Source of the DNA: Rhynchobatus australiae
Lineage: Eukaryota
Direction of reading: 5' to 3'
Assembly (NCBI GenBank): GCA_034780895.1
Contig: JAUZTB010000069.1
Coordinates: 19,312,582 to 19,376,581, forward strand
Length of the DNA: 64,000 bases
Shown here piece by piece: positions 47,960-61,055 of this stretch. The notes beneath the pieces are model-generated. The model ran no database searches and was not told the DNA's origin. It saw only the letters and a program-made list of their open reading frames with translations. The position numbers and the translations under genes are program-made. Position 1 is the first letter of the stretch, and each line of letters opens with the position of its first letter.

Positions 47960-48790
47960 GTGAGCAAAGTCAATTGAGGGGAACCTGTAGATGTGGTGTA
48001 TTTCAACCTCCACAAGACATTTGACAAAGTGCCACATAAAAGACTGGTGCACACGTTAAGAGCTTCTGGTGTTGGAGGAAGTGTTAGCATGGAAAACTGG
48101 TTATCACTTATAAAACAGAGTTGGAAATAAGTGGGTCTTTTTCAGATTGGAAGGATGTGACTAGTGGAGAACCCCAGGGATCAGTTATTTATTACTTATA
48201 CTAATGACCTGGGGAAGGGGGCAGAGTATACGATATCCAAGTTTGCCGATTACAAAAAAATAGGTGGAAGGGCAAGTTGTGACGAGGATATTGTGATTCT
48301 GCGACTGAATATAGATTGAGTGGGTGAAAACCTGGCAATTGAAGTTTAATGCAGTAAAGTGTGGAGTCAGATACTTTAGTAAGAGGAATCAAAAGGCAGA
48401 TTATTATTTAGATCGAAAGAGACTGCAAATGAGTGAAGTAGGGAGGGATTTAAATGTTCCTGAATCACAAAAGGTTAGCAGGTACAGCAAGTAGTTACAA
48501 GGACAAAAGGCATATCAGCCTTTATAATAAAGTTGTTGGAGTTTAGGAATGGGGAATTTTTGTTACAATTGTACAGGCGTGAGGCCACACTTGGAGTATC
48601 ACACCCAATTTTGATCCCCTTTAACAAAGGATATAGTAGAATTGGAGGGTGTCCAAAAGAGATTCACCAGGCTCATTCTTGGGGTGAGATGATTATACTG
48701 TCAAGAGAAGCTAAACAGATTGGGTCTTTATTCTTTGGTGTTCAGGAGAATGTGATGTGATCTTACTGAAGCAAATAAGATCCCAAGGGA
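47960..48790 (+). mobile_element. CR1 LINE RT region; continues at 51300-51545 after the Penelope insertion
   Basis: gtagatgtggtgtat...acatttgacaaagtgccacataaaagactg encodes VDVVY...TFDKVPHKRL; also SGEPQGSV and SKFAD. Confidence 0.9.
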
Positions 48791-51299
48791 GCAACAAACA
48801 GTCTGCTGAAGACACAAGAAATTCTGCAGATGCTGGAATCTGGAGCAATACACAAAAAGTGCTGGAGGAACTCAGCAGGTCAGGNNNNNNNNNNNNNNNN
48901 NNNNNNNNNNNNNNNNNNNNNNNNNNNNNNNNNNNNNNNNNNNNNNNNNNNNNNNNNNNNNNNNNNNNNNNNNNNNNNNNNNNNNNNNNNNNNNNNNNNN
49001 NNNNNNNNNNNNNNNNNNNNNNNNNNNNNNNNNNNNNNNNNNNNNNNNNNNNNNNNNNNNNNNNNNNNNNNNNNNNNNNNNNNNNNNNNNNNNNNNNNNN
49101 NNNNNNNNNNNNNNNNNNNNNNNNNNNNNNNNNNNNNNNNNNNNNNNNNNNNNNNNNNNNNNNNNNNNNNNNNNNNNNNNNNNNNNNNNNNNNNNNNNNN
49201 NNNNNNNNNNNNNNNNNNNNNNNNNNNNNNNNNNNNNNNNNNNNNNNNNNNNNNNNNNNNNNNNNNNNNNNNNNNNNNNNNNNNNNNNNNNNNNNNNNNN
49301 NNNNNNNNNNNNNNNNNNNNNNNNNNNNNNNNNNNNNNNNNNNNNNNNNNNNNNNNNNNNNNNNNNNNNNNNNNNNNNNNNNNNNNNNNNNNNNNNNNNN
49401 NNNNNNNNNNNNNNNNNNNNNNNNNNNNNNNNNNNNNNNNNNNNNNNNNNNNNCTGTGTGTAGTGGGTGGATGGAACCAGGAGGGGCGGGGGGGGGGGGA
49501 AGAAGGTGGGTAAAGGGGGGCTGGGGGCATATGAGGGAAAGGGGACAAAAATGGGACTAGAGGAGGATTGGGGAGGTGAGGGGGGGGAAGAAAGTGGGAA
49601 AAACACTGGGAGGGGGTTATCTAAAATTGGAAAACTCAACGTTCATGCCATTGGGTTGTAGACTACCCAGGCAGAATGAGGTGTTGCTCCTCCAGTTTGC
49701 GTTGGGCATCATCCTAGTAATAGAGAAGGTAGAGGATGGACAGGTCAGTGGGAATGGGAAGGGGGACTGAAAATGGTAATGCAACTGGGAGCTCGGGATG
49801 GCCATTGAGGACCAAGTGTAGGTGCTCTGCAAAATGGTCGCCCAGTCTATGCTTGGTCTCACCGATGTAGAAGAGGCCGTATCAGGAGCACCAAATGCAG
49901 TAGATGAGGTTGGAGGAGGTGCACGTGAACCTTTTCCTCACCTGGAAGGGCAGTTTAGCTCCCTGGATGGTGGTGAGGGAGGAGGTGTGAGAACAGGTGA
50001 GGATAAGGATGTTGGGTGAACAGAACTTGGGAGAGTTAAGACAACAGAATTTTGAATCAGCAGAGGTCTGTGGAGAGTTGGACACAGAGGTATCTGGAGT
50101 ACCACAGGGGAAAGTGCCAGGGGTCAGGAAGGGGTGGGTGGGGAGGGATGAGCAGACCAGGGAGTTATGGAGGGAGTGGTCCCTGCAGAAAATGATGAAG
50201 GGTGATATGCTGGATGTGGAGGCTCATAGGGTGAAGTGCACCTGCTCTCACATCTCCTGTTTCTCATATGTCTGCTCTCACCCCACCTCCCTCCAGACAG
50301 AACAGAGATAGAGATCCCCTAGTCCTCCACTTTCACCCCCCTTTACCCACCTTCCCCCTTTTGGTTCTATCCACCAACTACACACAGATCACCTACAGGT
50401 TTNNNNNNNNNNNNNNNNNNNNNNNNNNNNNNNNNNNNNNNNNNNNNNNNNNNNNNNNNNNNNNNNNNNNNNNNNNNNNNNNNNNNNNNNNNNNNNNNNN
50501 NNNNNNNNNNNNNNNNNNNNNNNNNNNNNNNNNNNNNNNNNNNNNNNNNNNNNNNNNNNNNNNNNNNNNNNNNNNNNNNNNNNNNNNNNNNNNNNNNNNN
50601 NNNNNNNNNNNNNNNNNNNNNNNNNNNNNNNNNNNNNNNNNNNNNNNNNNNNNNNNNNNNNNNNNNNNNNNNNNNNNNNNNNNNNNNNNNNNNNNNNNNN
50701 NNNNNNNNNNNNNNNNNNNNNNNNNNNNNNNNNNNNNNNNNNNNNNNNNNNNNNNNNNNNNNNNNNNNNNNNNNNNNNNNNNNNNNNNNNNNNNNNNNNN
50801 NNNNNNNNNNNNNNNNNNNNNNNNNNNNNNNNNNNNNNNNNNNNNNNTGCCACTCACCTCCCCCCTAGTGGTTCCCATTCTCACCTCCCTTACTTACCAG
50901 AGTCCAGCACCGACAGCCCTTTGTGTTCCCGTTTATCTCCCTCCAGCTGCTGCCTCCAATTTTCACACTCTGCTCCCTCCCACCTTGCTCCATCTGTTTT
51001 TTCTCCTCTGTCTGCCTCCATCTATCATTCACCTGCCACTGCCTCCCAACTCCAGCCCATCTCCCATCCCGTACCTGGCACAACCTGCCTGTCATCTTAC
51101 ACCCTCATCGGTCCACCAATCACCTCAAACTCCTTTCTCACCACTCCCCTTCTTTTGATACAGGCCATCCCGCCTCTCCTCTTCGTCCTGATTCAGGGTT
51201 CCAACCCAAAATGTTGACAATTCCTTTCCCCCCGCTGGGTTCCTCCAGCAGATTATTTGTTGCTCCAGATTCCAGCATCTGCAGTCTCTTGTATCTCTG
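48791..51299 (-). mobile_element. Penelope-like element (GIY-YIG endonuclease) with inverted pseudo-LTR ends, gapped
   Basis: Minus strand ~49820-49975 reads TIQGAKLPFQVRKRFTCTSSNLIYCIWCS*YGLFYIGETKHRLGDHFAEHL. Inverted termini and a 13-bp flanking duplication agatcc(c/t)aaggga. Confidence 0.85.
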
Positions 51300-51779
51300 A
51301 GATCCTAAGGGAACATGACATGGTAAATACAATGACGTTTTCACTCATAGCAGCACATCTGCAGATACACCACACCACAGTCTCGAACGAGGATACAGTT
51401 ACAAGGGGCCAGTCACTCAAAACCGAGGTACGTGGAAATTTCTTCTCTGAGGGTAGTGAATCTCTGGAATTTTCTGCCCGAGGATGGTGGTGGCCAGAGC
51501 ATTAGATATAAGGTGGAGCTAGATGAGGATTTGACAGATTGAGGGGTATTCAGGGGGCCATTCTTGTGTGGTTTCACTCCAACTTCGTGAGTTGTGAGGT
51601 GGCTGGTGAGGCCAATGTGGAAACAGACTCTCCTACAGCTGGGGCAGGAGGTCCTGATGGGTAGATAGTTTGTGAGATACTGTAACAGATTTCATATTAA
51701 TGAGCAAAGTCATGAGTCTGTGTACAACAATGGTCGTAAACAAGTGTGCACATTTCAGTAAAAGGTGCACATTCAACAT

Positions 51780-52325
51780 TGTGAGAGGAGCTCACCAACT
51801 TTTATTATCAAAGATCAAGCTGCCATTCAATGCACTCCAGGCTTCCTCCGTATCCAACTCTCCAAAGGCCTCTGCTCAACCAGAACTCTATTGTTTTAAC
51901 TTTCCCAAGTCCTGTTCACTCAGCACCCTTCTGCTCACCGACCTCCACTGGCTTGTGTCTGCTGATACAGTTTTACATTTTTCACCATCTTTAACCACCT
52001 TCATGGCCAAATCCTTCTCAACCTTTCTCCATCTCCACAATAGCCGCTGAGATCTCTGCAGCCTCAGATTCTGAGATCTTATGTATTCTCCTTCTTCACT
52101 CCACTATCGTCAGCAGGACCTTCCACTGCCAAAGCCCTCAGCGGCAGAGTTCCCTCCCCAAACTTCACCTCTATCTCTTATCCTTTCTGATGCTGCTTAA
52201 AAGCATCTCTGAACAAGCTTCAAAGCTCTTGTCTTAATATCTCCTCATTCAGCTCGGTGTTGAAATGTTAATGACACTCCTGTGTGGGGATAATCTGCAA
52301 AGTTAAAGGTGTAATATAAACAGTG
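51780..52325 (+). mobile_element. L2-clade LINE 3' part
   Basis: ctgctcaccgacctccactggct (LTDLHWL); gagttccctccccaaac...gctgcttaaaagcatctctgaacaagctt. Confidence 0.7.
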
Positions 52326-53044
52326 TCATTTTTAGAGAGTATGCATGACTACGTGCTAGTGGACAGTGTAGCATGTGAAATGAAGCTCAAACATGCTATA
52401 CTTGCATTCATGTTTACATGGGTATATTTGTATACAAACACAATGAATGCAAAATTGTCTGAAGGTCTATCTGATTTGTTTATATGGATTATATGTGCAT
52501 GCAAGTCTGTATACATAGATGGGAATGTGACTGTATGGGGTGTAAGACTGACTGTGTGTCCATGTGACNNNNNNNNNNNNNNNNNNNNNNNNNNNNNGTG
52601 AGTCAGAGGATACAGGTGAGTGTGTGACTGTGAATGTGCTTACGAGTGTGGTTGGGAAAAGGGGGAAGCCATTCAGTACCCTGTGCCTGTTCTGCCATCA
52701 GCTAGGTACTGCAGATCACTCATGACAATCTCCTGTGCTGGGTCCACGGCTCTGAATCTCCCCATTGGAGCCACACCATTCATCTCAGTTCTGGATTGTT
52801 CAGTTTGCCCAGCCTCAGCAGTGTTTGGTGTGAGAGTTCCCAACCTCCTCCGTCCCCTCTGCACTGAGCTGCTTCCTGACATTACCCCTGTGCCCTTGCT
52901 CAGCACCTTTGTTCTGGAGTGCCCAATGGAGGAAAAGGGTTCTCTGTCCCTCATATCAAATCCCCTCATCACTGCAACCAACGCAGTTAGTCACACTGGA
53001 ACCTGTTGTATTCAAGCCTCATAGACAGAGCTCTCCCCGTCACA

Positions 53045-53455
53045 GGCAAACATTGATACACCCCCCACACACCTCACTCCCACACACCCCTCACCACACT
53101 GTATACTTCTATCATTCTGATTCATTCCACATTTCTTACTATAACACAGATGAGCTCCACAGACCTCACTATAACACTGATGTACCCCACACTTACAGTA
53201 TCACAATGATGCACCCACAATTTGCACAATATCAGTGATATACCCCACATCCCAGACTTCATTCCAAGATGCCCCAGATCCCTCATTATATCATTCTGCC
53301 ATGCTTCACACCCCTCACTGTAACAATGATGTATCCTACACCCCTCACTGTAACACATTAATACCCCTTCACTGTAATGCTTTGATATGCCCCACACCAT
53401 AAAATAGTGATGAACTCAATATCCTTCCATATTACACTCCAATATCCCCTCCCTG
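53045..53455. repeat. Degenerate ~30-bp repeat (cccctcactgtaacactgatatacccca...)
   Basis: Recurrent ctcactgtaaca/ctataacac units; a related copy lies at 54530-54670. Confidence 0.7.
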
Positions 53456-54389
53456 TGTTGTTTTAAATCCTCTAACAGAATCTATTTGAACATGGAATTT
53501 TTGTGGTTGGCTGTTCCCAACTTATATTACAAATTATGTATTCAACAATTGCCATTTGCTGGATTTTTCTTGAAAAATGTTTTCTAATGGAAACCATCTG
53601 TGTTCGGCAGGGGAGGCCAGCACACAGGATAGAGGCAGTTCCATCAAACTACAAGGCCCTCTGGGACCTGCAAGGAGGTGCAAGCAGAGCAATACAGTGC
53701 AGGGGCTGGGCAGAGACAACGGCTGCTTCGACTGATAAACTCTCTCCCAGAACGATGGGGTTTCAAAGAATCACAGATCCTCAGCAGACAGGACCCTAGC
53801 TGAGTCGTGGCCAAAATTCACATCCCACAGGCAAGAACCAGGCATCTGGCCAAGAACTGGGGGATGAAGTCAGTGGAATTGGGAATTAGCTCTGTGTAAA
53901 TCATAATTACAGAGCAGAGAACTGAGGCTCCCAAAGCATTTCTGAATTTTCCACAATGGAGACATTGGACAGGACAGACCGGATGTGAGATGGGGTAGTC
54001 AGTGACAAGGGTGGGGCACTGGCAGAGGTGGGAGAAGAAGTAGGATGGGTAGAATCAAGCTCACCATTTCTCCATGACTGTGTCTTTGGATCAGAGGTCA
54101 GGATGTTGGCTTGTCAAAGCAAGCAGACCAAGCCTGAGCCCAGGCTTTGACTCTGGAAATAAACACCTGGTGACTGAAAGTTACTGCAAAGCTGGTGATG
54201 TCACAAATGTTGAGCAAACTCAGAGAACCCAAATGCAGCACACCGATATAAGACTGGAGTCAGGATACTTCCTCAGGACAAACACAGGNNNNNNNNNNNN
54301 NNNNNNNNNNNNNNNNNNNNNNNNNNNNNNNNNNNNNNNNNNNNNNNNNNNNNNNNNNNNNNNNNNNNNNNNNNNNNNNNNNNNNNNNA

Positions 54390-54525
54390 ATATCAGTCTG
54401 GATGCAGGGTTTCGACCGAGACTGTCGACCATTCCTGTCCCCCCCCCTCCAGATGCTGCCTGACCCACTGAATTCCTCCAGCAGATGTTGCTCCAGATTC
54501 CAGCATCTGCACTCTCTTGTGTCTC
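54390..54525. mobile_element. Penelope pseudo-LTR fragment
   Basis: gatgcagggtttcgaccgagactgtcgacc...gctgcctgacccactgaattcctccagca...ttgctccagattccagcatctgc. Confidence 0.75.
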
Positions 54526-54669
54526 CACTTGCACAATGTCACTTTGATATACCCCACATCCCAGACTTTATCATTCCATAATACCCCGAATCCCTCAACT
54601 GTATCATTCTGATGTGCTTCACCGCCCCTCACTGTAACATTGATATATCCATATATCCTACACCCCTCA

Positions 54670-54905
54670 ATGGCTGTTGCCCTTCAGGAAAGAAAATCTG
54701 GCTGGTCTGGGCTGTTCACCCAGGCTGGGCTTACAACATGACTCCAGTCCCACCCCAACATGGGTGACTCTTCTCTGCCCATTTATGTTATCTGGCAAAA
54801 TATTCATTGCATCAAACATCGAGAAGGTCCACCCACTTCATCTCAAGGCAGCTGGGATGGGGAACAGACATAACCTGTCCAGCAAAGCCCAGATCCCAAG
54901 AATCA
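54670..54905 (+). mobile_element. Elasmobranch SINE 3' part with CR1-type tail
   Basis: ccttcaggaaagaaaatctg...gactccagtcccacc...gtgactctt...ctcaaggcagctgggatggg. Confidence 0.6.
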
Positions 54906-55149
54906 GTCAGGAAGCTATTTTGACACTCAGGATGAATATGGGGAAAGATGTTTTTGTCAACATCTATTCAATGTGCCCTTCAGATATCCCATCTCACTGG
55001 TCTCTATTGGAGCAGATACAAACCCTTCAGGCACTATTCCTGCTTCAAACTAGTAACCATTTGCCTGGTAACTTCTCACTTGACATCCTCCTACTCTGGA
55101 GACACAACCCAGAGACACACACAACAGGCAAATCTGTAAGCACCAAGCA

Positions 55150-55750
55150 ACAGTAATTTGCACTAACAGCCATTAAACACTCAAAATGCTTCAGAGGAAA
55201 TCAGAAAAAAAAATGACAGTGAAAGCTTGGTTAGACTGGTGGGCTTTGAGAAGGTTCCTGACTGAGAGGTGGGTGAGGTGTAGCGAGAGGGTTCCAGAAC
55301 TTTGGAGCTCGAGAGCTGAAGGAACGGCTGCCAATAATGGAGTATGATAACTGGGGATGAGCACGTGGACAGCATTGGGGGGAGTGCAGAGCCTCAGAGG
55401 ATGGTAGGGCTGGGAGAGGTGCCAGAGGTGGGGAGGGCTGAGAGTGATTTGATAAAATGAGAAGATTACTGGAGGTTTGGCAGACCGAGAGCCATTCGGA
55501 GAGCACGGACTGCTGGGCAAATGGGGACGAGAGTTGAGCTGACTATGGGCGGGAGAGTTTTGAAAAAGCTGAAGCTTACTGAGGGTGGTGGGCCACGAAT
55601 GCTTTTGGAATGGATGCCAAGATGGGCACAGGAAGAGTTCTATACAAGAGTTAAACCTGGGTGGTTGAAACCCAGGCAATCTCCGAGACACCATGAGTCA
55701 CGTCAGAGGGCTGAGAGAACGGTTACAATTTTATGCTAAAATCCACTTGT
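55150..55750 (-). mobile_element. L2-clade LINE 3' part
   Basis: Minus strand reads SKLQLFQNSPA...IIGSRSFSSRAPKFWNPL, L2 C-terminal motifs. Confidence 0.75.
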
Positions 55751-56269
55751 GGTACACGACTCCTGCTGCTTGGCCATTGCTCAAGACTGGAGTGCTCAGA
55801 ATTTTAAATACTTGTGTGTCCCAACTTCACCTTAAACAACAGATAAATCAAACCAAGCTTTCCCCCATTAATCTGCAGCTGATTTTGGTGATGACTCTTA
55901 CTGTTTGCTCTGGATATAATGTTACTCCTCGCACCCAAGTACCGATACCTGAAATCTGTTGCTGGGGTGCCTCAACCACAAAAAACACTGACCCTGCCCC
56001 AGAATGGCCCAGAGGATTGGGTGCTGGGGCTCCGTAGGCGGTTGCAATAAGGGTGGCCTTACATCATTCAAAGAGGCTTCCTAGACCATCACAGAGGGTA
56101 TTGACCAAGAGGTTTGTACCACCAAGGGAGGTAACAAGTTACATGAGGACTCAGTGCTCTGTCTCAACACTATTCACAATAAAATGGAATCTCACTTTCT
56201 AATAAGCATTCCTCAAAAAATCTCACACAATTCTCACCTCAGTCAGGAACTGTTCCCAGTAAGCCCACT

Positions 56270-56700
56270 TACTGAGAGGGTTGGTGTGTGTGGGACCCGT
56301 CCCCCAGTGAGGGTCAGTGTGTGCGGGACCTGTCCCCCAGTGAAGGTCAGTGTGTGCGGGACCCATTCCCAGTGAGGTCAGTGTGTGGAACCCATCCCCA
56401 GTGAGGGTCAGTGTGTGCGGGACCCATTCCCAGNNNNNNNNNNNNNNNNNNNNNNNNNNNNNNNNNNNNNNNNNNNNNNNNNNNNNNNNNNNNNNNNNNN
56501 NNNNNNNNNNNNNNNNNNNNNNNNNNNNNNNNNAGGGTCAGTGTGTGTGGGACCCGTCCCCCAGTGAGGGTCGGTGTGTGTGGGACCCGTCCCCCAGTGA
56601 GGGTCAGTGTGTGGGACCTGTGCCCCAGCGAGGGTCAGTGTGTGGGACCCGTCCCCCAGTGAGGGTCAGTGTGTGGAACCCCTCCCCAGTGAGAGTTAGT
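56270..56700 (+). repeat. 31-33-bp minisatellite (agggtcagtgtgtgtgggacccgtcccccagtg), gapped
   Basis: At least 10 direct units visible. Confidence 0.92.
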
Positions 56701-57889
56701 GCCTCAAAAAGGTAATCACTTGATTAAAACAAAAACAGCCAAAGATCAACATTTAAAGTTCTTGCAGTAGCTTCTTTCTCCTGCCGACTGGTTTCCTGGC
56801 GTATCCCTAGATTTTCAGCAGTGTTTGTGATGGCAGTTTCTGGGATTGATTCACTTGTTGCTAGAACCCTGATGATCTGAGGATGTGGCTCCTGGAGTCA
56901 AGGTTCTTGCCTCATGGACTGTCGGCAGCTGGAAGATCAGAACCTCCGTGCCCCTGCCGACTGAACTCTGCACACATTCACCTTCAACGTGTTAACAGGA
57001 CTTCATTCCATCCTTCTGTCAACAGCTCTACCCTGCATTTGCATTCTGTCTTTGACATGCAAGTTGTCTCTAAGCTCTTTGTCGGCACGATATCAAGCAA
57101 AATTTGACAAAGTGACATGTGGATAAACAAGGCTAGCTGCCCAAAACATGGTCAAAGGAGGAATTCCAGGAATGTCTTGAAGGAGAAGAGTGGAGTAGAC
57201 TGGTCAGATATTTAGGGAGAGAACTCCACAGCTCAGGACTTTGGCGTCTGAAGTCACAGTTACCACGGGTGGAGCAGGAAGTAATGAGATGAACAAGAGA
57301 TCAGAAATGGAAGAACGTCCCTTCACTGTGGAGCTGGAGGTACTTCCTGAGATTGGGAGGGATGAAGTGATGGAGGGAAACTGGGATAAGATTTTGTTTT
57401 AACTGAGTCTTTGCTTAATAGGGAGTCGGTGATGGTCAGGGAGCACAGAGGTGAGGGGGGAATAGGAGTCAGCCAAGATGTAAAGAGTAGCTTTGGATAT
57501 CTTTAAGACTATGGAGGGTGGAAGACAGCACCAGATAAAGCATCCTAACCTTTTCCAGTCTTGTATTAATACAGCCCAAGCGCCACCCTGCTCCCAACCA
57601 ATACCTTTGAATCTTTAAATAAAATGTATATGAACAAATGTAACAATTAAATGTAATGTTTATTTGTCTGACAATGACCTGATTTTTCCAAAATTTCGTG
57701 GTTCCCTCTTCGCTTCTGACAAGCACCAAGAGAGAAACATGGAAGGCTGGGGAGCAGAGGATGTGGAGCGGCTGGTTTCAACACAATTACCCTCAAATTA
57801 GTTTCAGAAACTGATGATTGGTGAGTGAAACTCAAAGGGAGAAAACAGAGCTGGGTTTGTGTGGTTTTTATTAAAGTTCCTGAATAATA

Positions 57890-58610
57890 AGAGGGAGAAA
57901 GCAATGGCCAAATTAAGGAGAGGGAGGGAAGGAGGGAGACAGAGACCGACATGGGGGAAGAGAGGCCAAGACGGATGGGGGAACAAAGGCAGAAAGAGAT
58001 GGAAGGGCACAGAGCTACACACTGTCAGAGCTGGAGGGAGAGAGAAAGAGGCTGACAGAGAAGGCCAGTGAGAGTGAGACGGAGAGCAAAACAGGGGACA
58101 ACGAATGACAAGGCAGAAAGCAAGAGGAACAAAATCAGTTAAAACAAGTGACAGAGGTGGAAAACTGAGGGGACAGGAGAAAGAATCATCAGAAGGCAGG
58201 GAGAAGGATAAAGAGAATCGGGAGAGAGTGAGGGAACCGGCAAAAAACAGAGAGAGGGAAGGAGAGATGTGGGGAGAGTGAGTGGAGAGAGGAGAAAGAC
58301 TGCTAAAGGAAAGAGGATGAAGAACAGATCAAGTAGAAGGAAGTGAGATGACAGTGGTTGAAGATGAGAGGAGGAATCAGCTGGAGTGAGGTACAAAAGA
58401 AGAGTGGAGAATATAAAGAGTGAGAGAAACAGAAGCTGGGAAACCTGAGGGGAGGAAGAATGGAGAAATTATAGAAAGAGAACAGAGAGAAGGGGGGAAC
58501 GAGCAAGAAAGGATTGGAGAGAGAGTGGAAAGGTAAGGTTGAGAACCAAAGAGAGGAGTGGAGCAGAGCGAGGAGGAGAGATACAAAGCCAGGCAGAGAA
58601 AACAGGAAGC
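57890..58610. repeat. GA-rich low-complexity tract
   Basis: Purine-dominated sequence. Confidence 0.85.
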
Positions 58611-59034
58611 CCGTAATTATATGCTGTTGCTGTGAGAGGGGTGATGGTGACATACTAACTTCACCATGTCTTGGAGCAAGGGCAGGATAGGACCAGGAAC
58701 AAAGCACGCAGCCCAAGCCAGCAGCCTCCTCCTCCGCAGGATCAGTCGAAAGCACGACCTCGCTCCTTCTCTCCATCAGGCAGGCTGCTTTGGATTTGCA
58801 CTGACCTGTGAAAGACTTTGACCTCAATCACTCATGCAGCTGAAATAAAATCACATGTTTATTTAGTGCACTGAATGCAGATGTTCTGCTTGCCAAACCC
58901 CAGATGTGTTTCTCCCCAAAAATCTGGAACCATAAACAAAGTGGTAATTAAACATGTCAGTTCCTAGTGTCCTGTTCCCTTCCAATACAAACCCTCAGCA
59001 ATTGCTCATTCTCCAGCCCCTGACCATCTCTTAC

Positions 59035-59660
59035 ATAAGAGGATAAGAAACAGAACTAGGAGTAGACCACGACACCTCATACCTGCTCTATCATTCAATA
59101 AGATCACAACTGATCTTTTACCTCAGTGTCACTTCCCCGCACTGGACCATATCCCTTGAGTTCCTTTCTACATAAAAGTCTGTTTATCCCCATCTTGAAT
59201 ATCCTTTTGGGTAGGAAGTTCCACACATTCACCATCCTTTGGAGAAGAAATTTCTTCTCATCTCTGTCCTAAATTGGCCGGCTCTAGTATCAAGTCTGAG
59301 ATCCCTGGTTCTACACACCCCAGTCCCAGTAACATCCTGCACCAACCCAATGGAACCTCTTCAAAATATTGCACATTCTAGTGAGCTCACTCTCGTTCTT
59401 CCAAACTCGGGAGTATATAGGCCCAGCCTGCGTTATCCTTCCTCATACAAGAACCCAGCCGTCTCAGGGATCATTCGGGTGAATTTTTGTTGCTCTCTNN
59501 NNNNNNNNTGTATTGCAAATGTATCAAGGAAGGAGACCACCATGAGGTTTCACCAGGGCTCTGTATAAATGTAGCAAGACTCTGCATGTAGGTACACAAA
59601 GACCCCCAGATCACTCGGAACACCAGCACCTTTCAATCTCTCCCTATTTAACAAATACTC
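59035..59660 (-). mobile_element. CR1 LINE 3' part
   Basis: Tail cataagaggataagaaacagaactaggagtagacc and ggagaagaaatttcttctcatctctgtcctaaa, both reverse complements of CR1 3' motifs. Confidence 0.8.
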
Positions 59661-60474
59661 CACCTTCCTTGTTCCTTCTCACGGACTCACACCAGAAGGT
59701 CCATTCAACCCATGCCAGCCCTTTGAAGGAACTATCCACGGAGCCCCATTCTCCTGCTCTTTCCCCATGGCCCCGCATGGTTTCCGTTCTCAGGTTTTNN
59801 NNNNNNNNCCAATTCCCTTTTGAAAGTCACTCCTGAATCGCCTTCCAGATCACTACAACTTGCGGCTTAAAAAAATCATGAACTCACTTCCATGAAGTTT
59901 GAGAGTACTAACTCTTTAACCAAAGGCATTACATCTTTTTCCAACATTGCTCAACCATCCCTTAGGGTCATAGCATCATACAGCATGGAGACAGGCCCTT
60001 CAGCCCAACTCGTCCATGCTGACCAAGATTTTTGGCCCCTTTGTCTCTATTTCAACTGCTTTGTGTCCCCCACTCCTTCCTTTCACCATCTCCCTCTCCT
60101 TCCCTCTTGCTCTTTGTCCCTTCCCTCTATCCTCTTTCCACCACTTCTCCGTTCTTCCTTTATTTCCATGTTACAAACCGTTGCTGCAAACAATTTCTGT
60201 CTATTTACTTTGTCAGAACACCTCCACATTTTGCACACCACTATTAAACCCCCTCAACCTTCTCTTCTCTCAGAACAATCCTGGCTTGTTCAGTCCGCAG
60301 TCTTCATCTGAGCACAAATAACCCCCTTCCAAAAGATGAGCCTGGGACTGGTCACAATACCCCAGCCAAGGCCACACGAGTATTTTATAAGGTCCTTGCT
60401 TTTGAACTCGCATTTCTACTCAAATATTCTTGGAAAGCTAAGAATTCCAAATATCTTTGAGTGGCCTTTGCTTG

Positions 60475-61055
60475 TCATAGAATTATACAGCATAGAAACA
60501 GGCCCTTTGGTCCAACTTGCCCATACCTTCCAAGATGTCTAGCTGAGCTAGACCCATTTGCCTGTGTATGTCCCACATCCCTCTGAAACTTTCCTTATGT
60601 ATCTGTCCAAATGTCTTAAACATTGTAGTTATACTCACCTCTACCACTTCGTCTGGCAGCTCATTCCATATACCCACCACCCTTTGTGTGAAGAAGTTGT
60701 CCCTCAGGTCCCTTTTAAATTTTTCCCCTCTTACCTTAAATCTGTGCCCTCTAGTTTTAGAATCCTTTACCCTGGGAAAATGACTATGACCTCTGAGGTT
60801 TAATATGCCTCTATGGTCACCCCTCAGTCTCCTACACCAGGGAAAAAAATCCCGGCCTATCCAGCCTCTCCTTATAACTCAAGGCCTCCAGTCCCAGTAA
60901 CATCCTCGTGAACCTTTTCTGCACCTCTTCCAGCCTGATGACATCCTTCCTAGAGCTGGGCGGCGAGACTGCACATAATACTCCAAATGTGGTCTCACCA
61001 ACGACTTGTACAGCTGTAACATGACGTCCTAACTCCTGTACTCAGTGCCCTGACG
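60475..61055 (-). mobile_element. CR1 LINE 3' part (younger)
   Basis: ORF 60483..60680(-) reads MVGIWNELPDEVVE..TITMFK; LEEVQKRFTRMLLGLE and QLYKSLVRPHLEY on the minus strand. Confidence 0.9.

Noticed and set aside
57739-57801. MEGWGAEDVERLV, resembling a SAM-domain start
   Set aside because: It stops after 20 codons with no supporting neighbouring exons and is likely chance.
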